Source of the DNA: Bdellovibrionales bacterium
Lineage (GTDB): Bacteria; Bdellovibrionota; Bdellovibrionia; Bdellovibrionales; JAMPXM01
Direction of reading: 5' to 3'
Assembly (NCBI GenBank): GCA_016713885.1
Contig: JADJOF010000004.1
Location: 133,079-197,078 of the forward strand
Length of the DNA stretch: 64,000 bases
Shown here: in pieces, positions 27,914 through 37,309 of the stretch
Layout of the letters: each line of letters opens with the position of its first letter
Numbering within the stretch: the stretch's first letter is position 1
Program-made: the position numbers and the translations under genes
The notes under the pieces: model-generated
What the model saw: the letters and a program-made list of their open reading frames with translations, nothing else
Told to the model about the DNA's origin: nothing
Databases searched by the model: none

Positions 27914-28947
27914 AAACTTTTTTGATGGTACTTGGGTCTATCTTAGTATCCACGCCGTTAATGGCAGCGATTGGAACCGAAGGGCACGGCGGTGACCCTC
28001 TTCGACTCCTTTTCAACGATGCACGACGCTACGCCGTCGAACGCGTATCGCAGGCCAAACCCTGCGAATTCAACGTCGATGTTCGCCCCGAAGTGGTCGA
28101 GTGGATCATCCACCGCCAGGCGGAGTTAGCCGCTGATATCGGCTCGGCGCCGCACATGTGGACGCTTGCACCACAAAGCACCTGTGCCTTCACGCAGACT
28201 CAGCCGAACTCAGCCGTCGCAATGTCTTTTGAGGCATGTCGACCACTGATCAAAGACGCAAACGACGCCATTTCAATCTTGGCACACGAGTCCGCACACC
28301 ACCTTGGAATTGAAAGCGAGACTTTTGCAGACGAAGTGGGCCGCGCGATCGCTCGCCTTGGACAGAGCAGCACTTGTAGCGCCGTACCCAGCTCTGATCC
28401 ATTTGATCCCGGCAGCTGCCCCGGCCGCCAGGTCTCAAACGATGAAATGTATTCGTGGCTCCCGCTTCCTCACGCCACTCAGCGCGAGCTGGGAAAAATG
28501 CAGGCCACCATCCGCCAGCGCACCTGCTACGGAGACAACTTCTGCACAAACTGGCAAGAGGACCCCAACGGACTCGTCGGGGGACGAACTGGAGTAATGA
28601 ACGGAAATCTCCTTCGTCTCAACGGTAGCGTCAAAGTCGAACTCAAAAACGATCGACCGCTTGTGCTCATCGAGAGTGACGCCCTACCGGGTAGCGCGTC
28701 TTGGTCGACGACGACTTTCACCGATGCGTCGCAGACGACCAAAGTGCTTTCCGGATCCAACGTGGGCGCCCTTTATCTCAATGACCTGCTGATCAGTGGC
28801 TACGGACACGGCGGTCCAGAGATCACGGGATGGGTCACCCCGACCTGCCTACGGCAATCAGTCTCAACGAATCGTGCGACAAAAGATCCGAACGGCAACA
28901 CGATCACGATCCAAAAAGAAATGGTGATTCTGTCCCATTTCGAATGA
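27910..28947 (+). CDS. Secreted protein with an HExxH motif (putative zinc metallopeptidase)
   Basis: The ATG at 27910 overlaps the upstream stop (ATGA). It has a signal peptide 'MKTFLMVLGSILVSTPLMAA', a single 'LAHESAHHLG' motif and many Cys residues. Confidence 0.55.
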   Translation: MKTFLMVLGSILVSTPLMAAIGTEGHGGDPLRLLFNDARRYAVERVSQAKPCEFNVDVRPEVVEWIIHRQAELAADIGSAPHMWTLAPQSTCAFTQTQPNSAVAMSFEACRPLIKDANDAISILAHESAHHLGIESETFADEVGRAIARLGQSSTCSAVPSSDPFDPGSCPGRQVSNDEMYSWLPLPHATQRELGKMQATIRQRTCYGDNFCTNWQEDPNGLVGGRTGVMNGNLLRLNGSVKVELKNDRPLVLIESDALPGSASWSTTTFTDASQTTKVLSGSNVGALYLNDLLISGYGHGGPEITGWVTPTCLRQSVSTNRATKDPNGNTITIQKEMVILSHFE

Positions 28948-29002
28948 TCAGCATCTAACGACGCCCAAGGTGGACCGCTTCATCTCTTGAAAAGCGGTTC
29001 TA

Positions 29003-29033
29003 CTTCCGGCGCCGGAAGCTGTGAAGCGTCATC
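29003..29033. repeat. 31-bp repeat, copy R
   Basis: 'CTTCCGGCGCCGGAAGCTGTGAAGCGTCATC' matches 25689-25719 at 29 of 31 positions. It lies after the stop of 27910..28947 and after a separate hairpin 'ACCGCTT...AAGCGGT'. Confidence 0.85.
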
Positions 29034-29115
29034 CGGTCGTCGGACAGTTTTCGACTTCGTTCAAAAAATTTTTCTCCGCTTTGACTCTGCGCCGAGACGC
29101 CATCATATCGAAGCG

Positions 29116-30018
29116 ATGGAAAACCTGCGCCTGCTATCCAACGAAATTCTAGTCACAAAGCTTCGCGGCTTGATCCAAGAAGAGCGTGAGATTTCACTAA
29201 AGATTCTTGAACTCATCAACGAGGTCGAGCGACGGAGGCTTCATCTCGAGTTAGGCTTTCCAAGCCTCTTTGACTGGCTCACCCGCGATCTCGGATACTC
29301 CGCCGCCGCAGCGATGCGAAGAATTGATTCTGCACGGCTTCTTCGCAAGGTACCGACGATTGCAAAGCAAATTGAATCAGGAAAGCTCAATCTCACAAAC
29401 TTGGCGCGAGTTCAGTCCGCCATTCGAGCCGAAGAAAAGCGCACCGGAAAACAAATCGAACCGGAACAGCTCGTGAATGCCATCGAAGGTAAAACTTCAC
29501 GCGAGGTCGAACAGCATCTGGCGCAAACCTTTCCTGGTTCGGCCTACAAGGCCGATTCGGCCCGTGCGATCACCGACAGTCAGATCCGCCTCCAAGTCAC
29601 TCTCTCAACGCCGCAGTACTCAGAACTTGAACGGGCGCGCGAAGTCGCTTCGCACTCGCACTTTGGTGCACCAATGGGAGAAGTGATTGGGATGCTCGCA
29701 AGTGACTACCTTGATCGCAAAGATCCTTTGCGCAAGGAAACCCACGCCGAGACAACCGCGGCCGCGTCCGAGAGGACCGGCCGAAGGCCGATTCCGCAAA
29801 ACGTCAGACGACTTGTGTTTCAGCGCGCGCAAGGACGCTGCGAATACAAAAATCCACATACAGGAAAAACCTGCGGGAGCCGATTTCAAACTCAGATTGA
29901 CCACATCAGGCCCGTCGCCCTAGGGGGAACAAATGCGGTCGAAAACTTGCGGCTTCTCTGCCGCGCTCACAATGCGTGGACCGCCGAAGAAATCTTTGGT
30001 CCGTTTGTAAAAAACTAA
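29116..30018 (+). CDS. HNH endonuclease domain protein (DUF222-like N-terminal region)
   Basis: C-terminal 'CEYKNPHTGKTCGSRFQTQIDHIRPVALGGTNAVENLRLLCRAHNAW' (HNH). The N-terminal helical region has '...RRRLHLELGFPSLFDWLTRDLGYSAAAAMRRIDSARLL'. I prefer the ATG at 29116 over the track's TTG at 28987. Confidence 0.8.
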   Translation: MENLRLLSNEILVTKLRGLIQEEREISLKILELINEVERRRLHLELGFPSLFDWLTRDLGYSAAAAMRRIDSARLLRKVPTIAKQIESGKLNLTNLARVQSAIRAEEKRTGKQIEPEQLVNAIEGKTSREVEQHLAQTFPGSAYKADSARAITDSQIRLQVTLSTPQYSELERAREVASHSHFGAPMGEVIGMLASDYLDRKDPLRKETHAETTAAASERTGRRPIPQNVRRLVFQRAQGRCEYKNPHTGKTCGSRFQTQIDHIRPVALGGTNAVENLRLLCRAHNAWTAEEIFGPFVKN

Positions 30019-30647
30019 TCGACCCCGCCCGACTCAAGATACAGCTTCAGCTGCCGCGACGTGAAGCGCCCAAGCGAGAGCCAATCGAGTCCCGCAAGCT
30101 CCGCACTCGCATGCTCGCTCACCGGGCGCTTGGCGAGTTCGAGAAGATCGGCTTCCATTTCAAGCACGCCCTGCATAGCGAGAAAGCGCGTCTCGAAATG
30201 AATGCGCAGGCGTTCTAAGGCTGGCGATTTTTCGGCGGCCCGCAAGGTGTTGCCGAGAAGGTCAAAAAGCTCGGGCACGTGATCGCCCCCCATGCGCGAG
30301 GTTTTCTCGATCACCGGCAGCAGCTTCAAGGCAAAGTCGAGTCGCTCATATGAAGTGCGTAGCCCAGGAAAGGCGCCAAGCAGTGAAGCCTCATGGAGAG
30401 TGTGTAATTCGCTTTCGCCGCCGATGCGCGAGCGCCGGTCTTCATAGGAGACCGAGATGAAATGCGTGGGCTCAAGAACCCCGCCACCGAAACGCTTTTT
30501 ACTTTTCAGCGCTGAGCGCGCAAACAACTGAAGGCGCGACCCTTGCGACGTGAGTACGCTGACAATAAGATCGGCATCGCCATAGCGAATGCTTTTGAGA
30601 ACGATGCCCTTATCCTGCGCTCTCACTCGGAATCTCCACACGCCCAC
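30015..30647 (-). CDS. recO: DNA repair protein RecO
   Basis: 210 aa with 'GIVLKSIRYGDADLIVSVLTSQGSRLQLFARSALKSKKRFGGGVLEP'. The start is uncertain; a GTG at 30626 is possible. Its stop overlaps the stop of the HNH gene by 4 nt, convergently. Confidence 0.7.
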   Translation of the reverse strand: MGVWRFRVRAQDKGIVLKSIRYGDADLIVSVLTSQGSRLQLFARSALKSKKRFGGGVLEPTHFISVSYEDRRSRIGGESELHTLHEASLLGAFPGLRTSYERLDFALKLLPVIEKTSRMGGDHVPELFDLLGNTLRAAEKSPALERLRIHFETRFLAMQGVLEMEADLLELAKRPVSEHASAELAGLDWLSLGRFTSRQLKLYLESGGVD

Positions 30648-31617
30648 GGCGCAAATAAATCACCGCACCGACAAGTCCGAGCAAAAACTGGAACGCCTGT
30701 AAAAGCGTGATGCCCACCGCACCAACCTGTGTCGGCGCCTGAAGCGCCGTCTGAAACAAAAAGAAAAATGCCGCTTGCCCAATGCCAACGCCGGCCGGCG
30801 CAATCGGCACAGCTTGAATCACAAGTCCCATCGGGATGCAGAACCAGAAAACTGAGAGTGGAATATTTCCTTCACCCAAGTATTGCGCGGTCGCGTAGAA
30901 GAAAATGATCAATAAGACCTGATTCACCATCGAGAGCCCCATCGCGATAAAGAGATCGCGCGGATGCCGACGATACGAGTGCATCGCATGATAGATCGAC
31001 TCGAGCACCGCATGTCCCGGAAGCCTATGAATGAGCCCGGAGAAAAACCGAAGCGGCGCCTGCAGTCGACGCGAAAGTGCAAAGGCGAGAACGGCAAAGA
31101 AGCCGAGTGTGATCAAAAGAGTCGCTGAACCAATCGCAAGCAAGCGCGGATCGTGATTCAGACGATCGTAAAACGCAACGATCGCAAGCGAAGCCGAAAA
31201 CATCATGACGAAAAAACCAATCAAACGATCCATGAAAACACTGACGCCGGCTGCGACTTTACGGCTTCCCTGCTCTTGCCCGCGGGCGAGGTAATAGCCC
31301 TTGATAATGTCCCCGCCCACACTCCCCGGCATGGCGTAGTTGAAAAACATGCCGATCAGCGTGAGCTCAAGCGACTCCCTATACGAAACCGGAAACTCCT
31401 GCCCCTTAAGAAGAAAGCGCCAGCGCCAGGTCACCACCAGCACCTGCACAAAGGCGAGGCCGCCCAAGATCAAAAACGGAACTGGGCTCAGCGCAACCTT
31501 GAGGGCATTCCAGTCCAAGGCACCACGGCTAAAAACCCAGGCAATGAGCCCGCCCGCGACCAGAAACTTGAGCGCTGTGAGCGCGAAAGAGCGGATTTTT
31601 TGAGAACTCGGCATCAC
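30610..31617 (-). CDS. Integral membrane protein, flippase-like / lysyl-PG-synthase TM-region family (UPF0104-like)
   Basis: 335 aa with about 8 hydrophobic segments and 'NYAMPGSVGGDIIKGYYLARG', characteristic of that family. Confidence 0.65.
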   Translation of the reverse strand: MMPSSQKIRSFALTALKFLVAGGLIAWVFSRGALDWNALKVALSPVPFLILGGLAFVQVLVVTWRWRFLLKGQEFPVSYRESLELTLIGMFFNYAMPGSVGGDIIKGYYLARGQEQGSRKVAAGVSVFMDRLIGFFVMMFSASLAIVAFYDRLNHDPRLLAIGSATLLITLGFFAVLAFALSRRLQAPLRFFSGLIHRLPGHAVLESIYHAMHSYRRHPRDLFIAMGLSMVNQVLLIIFFYATAQYLGEGNIPLSVFWFCIPMGLVIQAVPIAPAGVGIGQAAFFFLFQTALQAPTQVGAVGITLLQAFQFLLGLVGAVIYLRRGRVEIPSESAG

Positions 31618-31707
31618 TCGGTTGTACGCGGCTTGACCTCAGGATTGGAAGAGGCGAAATGTGAGATCGCAAAAGTTTTCCGCCTAGCTTTTTTGGAGGC
31701 ACGCGCA

Positions 31708-34084
31708 ATGAATGTGGCTGTCGTTGGCACAGGGTACGTCGGTTTGGTGGCAGGTGTTTGCTTTGCTGATGCGGGGCATCACGTCTGGGGCGTCGATCGC
31801 GATGCCAACAAGATCGCGATGCTTAAAAAAGGGGAAATCCCGATCTATGAACCGGGCCTCCTCGACGTCTTTGAACGGTCAAACTCACGCCTGACATTCA
31901 CAACAGACCTCAAAGAAGCCGTCAGCGTTTGCGATGTGATCTTTGTTGCCGTCGGCACGCCCGAAAAAGAAGATGGCAGTGCCGACCTTGGCCCCACGAT
32001 GGCTGTGGTTGAAGCGGTTGCGAAAGTTGCCAATCGCCCCAAGTTCTTGGTTCTGAAGTCGACCGTACCAGTTGGAACAGCCGCTAAAGTTCGCGCCAAG
32101 ATCGCTGAGGTCACTCAGATTTCAATCGATGTCGTCTCAAATCCGGAGTTCCTCAAAGAGGGCGCGGCGGTTGAGGACTTTTTAAAACCCGATCGCGTTG
32201 TCATCGGCTGTAGATCCGAAGCGGCTCAGAAAGTGATGACCGAGCTCTACGAGCCGTTTGTTAAAAACGGACATCCGATTTTGTTCATGGATAACGTGTC
32301 GGCCGAAATGACGAAGTACGCCGCCAATGCCTTCCTCTCGGTGAAGATCAGCTTCATCAACGAGCTCGCGCTTCTTGCCGACCAACTCGGCGCCGACATC
32401 ACTGATGTTCGACGTGGCTTCACTTCTGATAGCCGTATCAACCCCGCCTTTTTCTATCCAGGCGTGGGCTATGGCGGCAGTTGCTTCCCTAAAGATGTCA
32501 AAGCGTTGATGTTCAGCGGCCAGGCCGTTGGCATCCCGATGCGAGTTGTTGAGGCGGCCGACGTTGTGAATGATCGCCAGAAGCTGATTCTCTTCGAGAA
32601 AATTCGCGACTACTTCGCTAACCGCGGCGAATCGCTTCAGGGAAAACGCATCGCTCTTTGGGGCCTTGCCTTTAAACCGCGTACCGACGACGTTCGTGAA
32701 GCTCCAGCAATGTACATCATCGAAAAACTCGTCGATGCCGGTGCGACCGTTGTTGGCTTTGACCCGGTTGCGATGGAAACCGCGAAGGCCGGCTTCACGC
32801 GTCCGTTTGCGACGACCGAAACAGCAATGGAGGCTGTTAAAGGTGCTGATGCTCTGGCGATTGTCACCGAGTGGAATGAGTTCCGCTCACCCGATCTTTC
32901 AGCACTGAAAGCGCTGATGAAGCGACCGGCGATTTTCGACGGGCGAAATGTTCTTGATCCGCAAAAAGTGTCGGCGGCTGGTTTTGACTACTTCTGCATT
33001 GGACGCCAATCGCGAAGCCAAGCCCGTGTCGCGCCTGAGCGAGCGGCGAGCGCCAAGCAAGATCAACCGAAACGCCGCGCTCTGGTCGCCGGTGCCGCTG
33101 GTTTTGTCGGCAGTCACTTGGTCGATCGCCTTCTTGAACAGGGACTTGAAGTCGTCGGACTTGATTCCTTTATCACCGGCCGCACCGAGTGCCTGAAAAA
33201 GGCCTGGTCGCATCCGAATTTCCGGTTTGTTCGTCACGATATTCGTCATCCCATTGCGCCCGCGCTTTCAATGCTTGGCCTCGGAAACCAGCCCGGAGCC
33301 TTTGACGAAATCTACAACATGGCGTCGCCAGCTTCGCCCGTTGATTTTGCCCGCATTCCTCTTTCGATTCTTGAAACAGCGTCTGCAGGACATCGTCACC
33401 TCTTGGATCTTGCGGCCAGCACCGGCGCCGTTTGCCTGTTTGCAAGTTCAAGCGAAGTTTACGGAGATGCTGAGGTTCATCCGCAGGTGGAGAGCTACTT
33501 TGGAAATGTGAACACCGTTGGCCACCGCTCGTGCTACGACGAAGCGAAGCGCTACGGTGAGGCTCTCTCGGTCGCTCATGCCAAGGAACATGGAACGAAG
33601 ATTCGCATGGCGCGCATCTTCAACACCTATGGCCCGCGCATGGCCAACTGATGGTCGCATTATTCCGAATTTCTTTATGCAGGCTCTGCAAGGCAAGGCC
33701 CTCACCGTGTATGGCGAGGGACATCAGACGCGAAGCTTCTGCTTTGTCTCGGACCTCGTCGATGGCCTGATCGCGCTGGCTCGAAGCCAGGAATCGCGCC
33801 CCACGAACGTTGGAAATCCCATCGAACGATCGGTCCTCGAGATCGCCAAAGCGGTGAACGAGCTCACTGGGAACAAAGCGGGAGTGACCTTCTTGCCGCT
33901 TCCAGAGAACGACCCGAAAGTGCGCCGTCCCGATATCACGCGCGCCAAAGCGTTTGGCTGGGAGCCCAAGGTGGCACTCGAGCACGGACTCAAAGAGAGC
34001 TTTGACTACTTCCGTGACGAGCTCTCGCAGATGGGCGGAAAAGTTCACACACCAACGGTCATGGCGTCGCTGCAAAGCCCATGA
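31708..34084 (+). CDS. ugd: UDP-glucose 6-dehydrogenase apparently fused to a UDP-glucuronate decarboxylase-like SDR; frame change near 33645-33651
   Basis: The ATG at 31708 gives 'MNVAVVGTGYVGLVAGVCFAD...GGSCFPKDV...FDYFCIGRQ' (about 433 aa, Ugd). With no stop there follows a linker 'SRSQARVAPERAASAKQDQPKRR' and then 'ALVAGAAGFVGSHLVDRLLEQG...SSSEVYGD...SCYDEAKRYGE...IFNTYGPRMA'. The sequence continues in another frame as 'DGRIIPNFFMQALQGKALTVYGEGHQTRSFCFVSDLV...'. The track ORF's N-terminal 185 codons overlap the opposite-strand gene and are discounted. Confidence 0.7.
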
Positions 34085-35277
34085 GTGAGAACATGAAGCC
34101 GTCGCCTCTGACCGAAAGCCTTCACGATCAGTCCGTCTTCTTCCGCTGTGTTGAAGACTGTTCTGAGCCGATGATGATTTCTGATCGAACTGGCCGACTG
34201 CTCTACGTGAATAAGGCCTGGACCAGAACCTACGGCTATTCAAAAGAAGAGGCCGTCGGCGCAACTCCACGCTTGCTTCGCTCGTCACATCAGACTGATG
34301 AGTTTTATCAAACGATGTGGCGCGAGATTTTGAATCCGGCGATTGGCTATTGGAAAGGCGAGATCGTCAATCGCGCCAAAGACGGTCGCCTGGTCCCGGT
34401 ACTTTTGACCATTACACCTTACACGCAGGATGGGCAGATTCTGGGCTATATGGGCGTCGCTGTTGACCTGACTGAACGCCGCTCGATGGAGCGCCAAATC
34501 CTGCGTCAGGATCGTCTAGCGAGCATCGGAATGCTGGCTTCGAGTCTTGCGCACGAAATCGGAAATCCTCTTGGCGTTATTCGTGGACGCGCCGAAATCA
34601 TGCTGGAAAGCATGCGGGGCGGAGCCGTGCCGTCGACCGACGCGAATCGTTCGGCGCGCCTGCTCCAGAGTGCAACACAAGGCCTCGACATCATCGTCGG
34701 TCAAATCGATCGCATCGCACGGCTCATTGACTCGCTTTTAAAAATCAGCCGGGTTCCACAGGAGATCACACTCCGCGAGGTTAAAATTCGCGGCCCGGTG
34801 ACAGAAGTCGTAATGCTGATCGGCGAAACCTGCCGACGCAAAGGCATCGAGCTGGTCGATGCCGTCGAAGACCTTGTCGTGTTCTCAGACAGCCATCATC
34901 TTCAACAGATTTTACTCAATCTGACGATCAATGCTGTGCATGCGATGGAAGAGGAAACCAAGCGGAGTGGTCGAACAAATCATCGCCTGACTCTCTCAAG
35001 CTCAAAGCGCGACAATGGAGAAATCACGATTCACGTTGCCGACACCGGATGTGGACTTTCCCCCGATGTGAAACGGCGTATGTTTGAGCCGTTTTACACG
35101 ACAAAGGCACCTGGCCAAGGCACCGGGCTTGGTCTGGCGATCGTCAGTCGCCTGACCGACGAGATGCAGGCCGCGATCAACGCCGAAAGCGACGGCCCCG
35201 GTCTTGGTACAACATTTCATCTTGTCTTTTCAGGCACCCAAGCAAAGTCACAGGGCGACGGCTCGAGCAGCTGCTGA
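34081..35277 (+). CDS. PAS-domain sensor histidine kinase (cytoplasmic)
   Basis: 398 aa with PAS 'ISDRTGRLLYVNKAWTRTYGYSKEEAVG', H-box 'LASSLAHEIGNPLGVIRGRAE' and G-boxes 'DTGCGLSPDV...GQGTGLGLAIVSRL'. The ATG overlaps the upstream stop (ATGA). Confidence 0.85.
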   Translation: MSENMKPSPLTESLHDQSVFFRCVEDCSEPMMISDRTGRLLYVNKAWTRTYGYSKEEAVGATPRLLRSSHQTDEFYQTMWREILNPAIGYWKGEIVNRAKDGRLVPVLLTITPYTQDGQILGYMGVAVDLTERRSMERQILRQDRLASIGMLASSLAHEIGNPLGVIRGRAEIMLESMRGGAVPSTDANRSARLLQSATQGLDIIVGQIDRIARLIDSLLKISRVPQEITLREVKIRGPVTEVVMLIGETCRRKGIELVDAVEDLVVFSDSHHLQQILLNLTINAVHAMEEETKRSGRTNHRLTLSSSKRDNGEITIHVADTGCGLSPDVKRRMFEPFYTTKAPGQGTGLGLAIVSRLTDEMQAAINAESDGPGLGTTFHLVFSGTQAKSQGDGSSSC

Positions 35278-35281
35278 CACT

Positions 35282-36373
35282 TTACAGTTTTTCTAAAAAC
35301 TCAATGGTGTTGCTCTCGACCAACTCAAACTTCAACAGTGTAATCAGGCCGTGCGAGATCCCATCAAATGTCACCACTCGATGAGGCACGTCGCTCTTGA
35401 TCCCAGTCGTCAGGGCCACAACATGCCCCGCGCTGACCGTATCATCCGACGTGTTCACTAAAAACAAACTCGGAACCGTCAGTCGACGTCCCAGTGCACG
35501 CGATAGCTTTAACTCGGTCACCGCTTCGGTCGCCGGCACAGTCAGCGCGACCGTCTCGCCCCAAAGCTGACCAAAGCGCGCCAATTTCGAAAGATGCTGC
35601 TGCAACACCCGCGAGCGAAGCACCGTCACTTCGCACCCCATGTTGAGACTGCGCTGCTTGTCTTGTTCGGTCACCTCGTTGCCCGTCACCAGTTTTTTGA
35701 TTCTTGGAAAGTCGCCAATCGAATCGCCAAAATACTTCACGTTGCAAAGTGGCCAGGCAATCTCGGGCCGAACACGCACCGCCGGCTCCATCGCAATCAA
35801 GCCATCAACCCGAAACTCCGGCGTCAGTGCGGCATTGATCGACAGCATCCCGCCCATCGAATGCCCCAACACAACGACCTTTTTCGCCATCACATGCGCG
35901 ATCTTAATCGCGCGGCGCGACTCTTCGATCCAGTCATCGGAGCGAACCTCAGAACCACGCTCTGTTTGCCCCCAGTGCCCAGGCAAACTGACGTGCATGA
36001 CAAAATATCCGCGTTCATCAAGCTTCGCCGCCAACACGCGAAACTGGCTCGAATCAGAATAAAGGCCCGGGAACATCACAACAGCCACCTGGCTTCGCGA
36101 AGTGCGCGCGCTCGCCATCGTCTTTAAGCTGGGAGAAACAAAGCGACCATCAACAGGATCGGTCACCGACTCAAGCATCGCACGCGTTGATTCAAAGCAC
36201 GTCAAGTCCTCGTCGGCACAGCGAACCTCGGGTAAGCGAATAAGGTTCGAGGCCGTAGGCTGCGAAAGCGCCGCACGCCCAACCTGCGGCAAAAGAAGTG
36301 AAGTCAGTAACGCTAACCCTAGCCGGAATAGGTTTCCACGAAGCACGATGACCTCCAAAAGCAAATGCAGCAC
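35282..36373 (-). CDS. Secreted alpha/beta-fold hydrolase
   Basis: 363 aa with a signal-like N-terminus and the nucleophile elbow 'VVVLGHSMGGMLS'. Confidence 0.7.
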   Translation of the reverse strand: MLHLLLEVIVLRGNLFRLGLALLTSLLLPQVGRAALSQPTASNLIRLPEVRCADEDLTCFESTRAMLESVTDPVDGRFVSPSLKTMASARTSRSQVAVVMFPGLYSDSSQFRVLAAKLDERGYFVMHVSLPGHWGQTERGSEVRSDDWIEESRRAIKIAHVMAKKVVVLGHSMGGMLSINAALTPEFRVDGLIAMEPAVRVRPEIAWPLCNVKYFGDSIGDFPRIKKLVTGNEVTEQDKQRSLNMGCEVTVLRSRVLQQHLSKLARFGQLWGETVALTVPATEAVTELKLSRALGRRLTVPSLFLVNTSDDTVSAGHVVALTTGIKSDVPHRVVTFDGISHGLITLLKFELVESNTIEFLEKL

Positions 36374-36382
36374 AGACCTGAC

Positions 36383-36988
36383 TTACTGAGCTTGGAACAA
36401 ACCTTCACAGCGTAGAGCAGCCGCCCTAGGGCGAAGAGGCTGGCCATCGACTGAAATTTTTGAAAGATCCTGTTGCCACACATAGCGAGGCAACTCTAGG
36501 CGCCACTGCCCGTCGACAATTCCAACCTTCAACTTTTCAACTTGAGTCACGGTGTGCACCGTCGAATCCACCTCGGCGCGAATCGCGCTGCCTTGGCGTG
36601 AAGCTTTCAACACCTTCATCACGTCAAAGAAAAATTCAGCGTCTCTTTTGGGAAGTCCTGACGACTCACCCTGGGCCGCCGCCTGCAACACAGTCTTGAG
36701 TGGTACACCGTCAATACGGACGCGATTCATATCCGATTGCCAAACAGACGTCGGTAGTTCGAAGGCCCACTGTCGCCCTTGAAGTCCAATCGCGAGCTCT
36801 TTGAGTTTGATGACTCGAAAATCCTGACCTTGGCTATCTTGAACAATGATCGTTCGGCCCATCTGTGCAGCTCTGAGCAAGACGACCACCGCGGAGGCGA
36901 AATCGGTCTCGGCCGAAGCCATCGCGGAGCCCGCTGAAGCCACTACCGCCAAAATCGAAACCAACAGCCTACGCAAAAAACGCTTCAT
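36383..36988 (-). CDS. Secreted hypothetical protein built from two tandem homologous modules
   Basis: The ATG at 36988 gives 'MKRFLRRLLVSILAVVASAGSAMA'. 'LKELAIGLQGRQWAFELPTSVWQSDMNRVRIDGVPL' is repeated as 'VEKLKVGIVDGQWRLELPRYVWQQDLSKISVDGQPL'. Confidence 0.5.
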   Translation of the reverse strand: MKRFLRRLLVSILAVVASAGSAMASAETDFASAVVVLLRAAQMGRTIIVQDSQGQDFRVIKLKELAIGLQGRQWAFELPTSVWQSDMNRVRIDGVPLKTVLQAAAQGESSGLPKRDAEFFFDVMKVLKASRQGSAIRAEVDSTVHTVTQVEKLKVGIVDGQWRLELPRYVWQQDLSKISVDGQPLRPRAAALRCEGLFQAQ

Positions 36989-37309
36989 AGATCGCCTCCA
37001 CCCCAATGGGAATGCAGTGCCTATGCCCAATTTAGAGCGCCACAGCAGCATCGCAACTATTTGATACCACTAAGCTATACGGCGACAAACCCTATCAATC
37101 GACCTTCCAAGACGGCCAAGTTTTCGACAAAGCGCCGCACTCAGGCACCTACTCAGCGTCGGTATGATCGAATTGACTCGAGATAAATCGAACCGAATGC
37201 GTGCGCTATACGGCACGTGCTCAATTGAGGAGTGCTGGATTGGATTTGAGCGAGCGAAAGTTCGATTAACTTGAATCAACCGAGCGAGTTCGCGAGCTCG
37301 AAAAATCCT

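Noticed and set aside
27107-28947. ImmR/ImmA-like repressor and metalloprotease anti-repressor pair of a mobile element
   Set aside because: An HTH protein followed by an HExxH protein is suggestive. However, the HExxH protein has an obvious N-terminal signal peptide and many cysteines, which argues for an exported enzyme rather than a cytoplasmic anti-repressor.
31153-31707. N-terminal 185 codons of the 832-aa track ORF
   Set aside because: This stretch lies antisense to the well-supported membrane protein gene 30610..31617 and has Arg/His-rich shadow-frame composition. The canonical Ugd N-terminus 'MNVAVVGTGYVG' starts at 31708.
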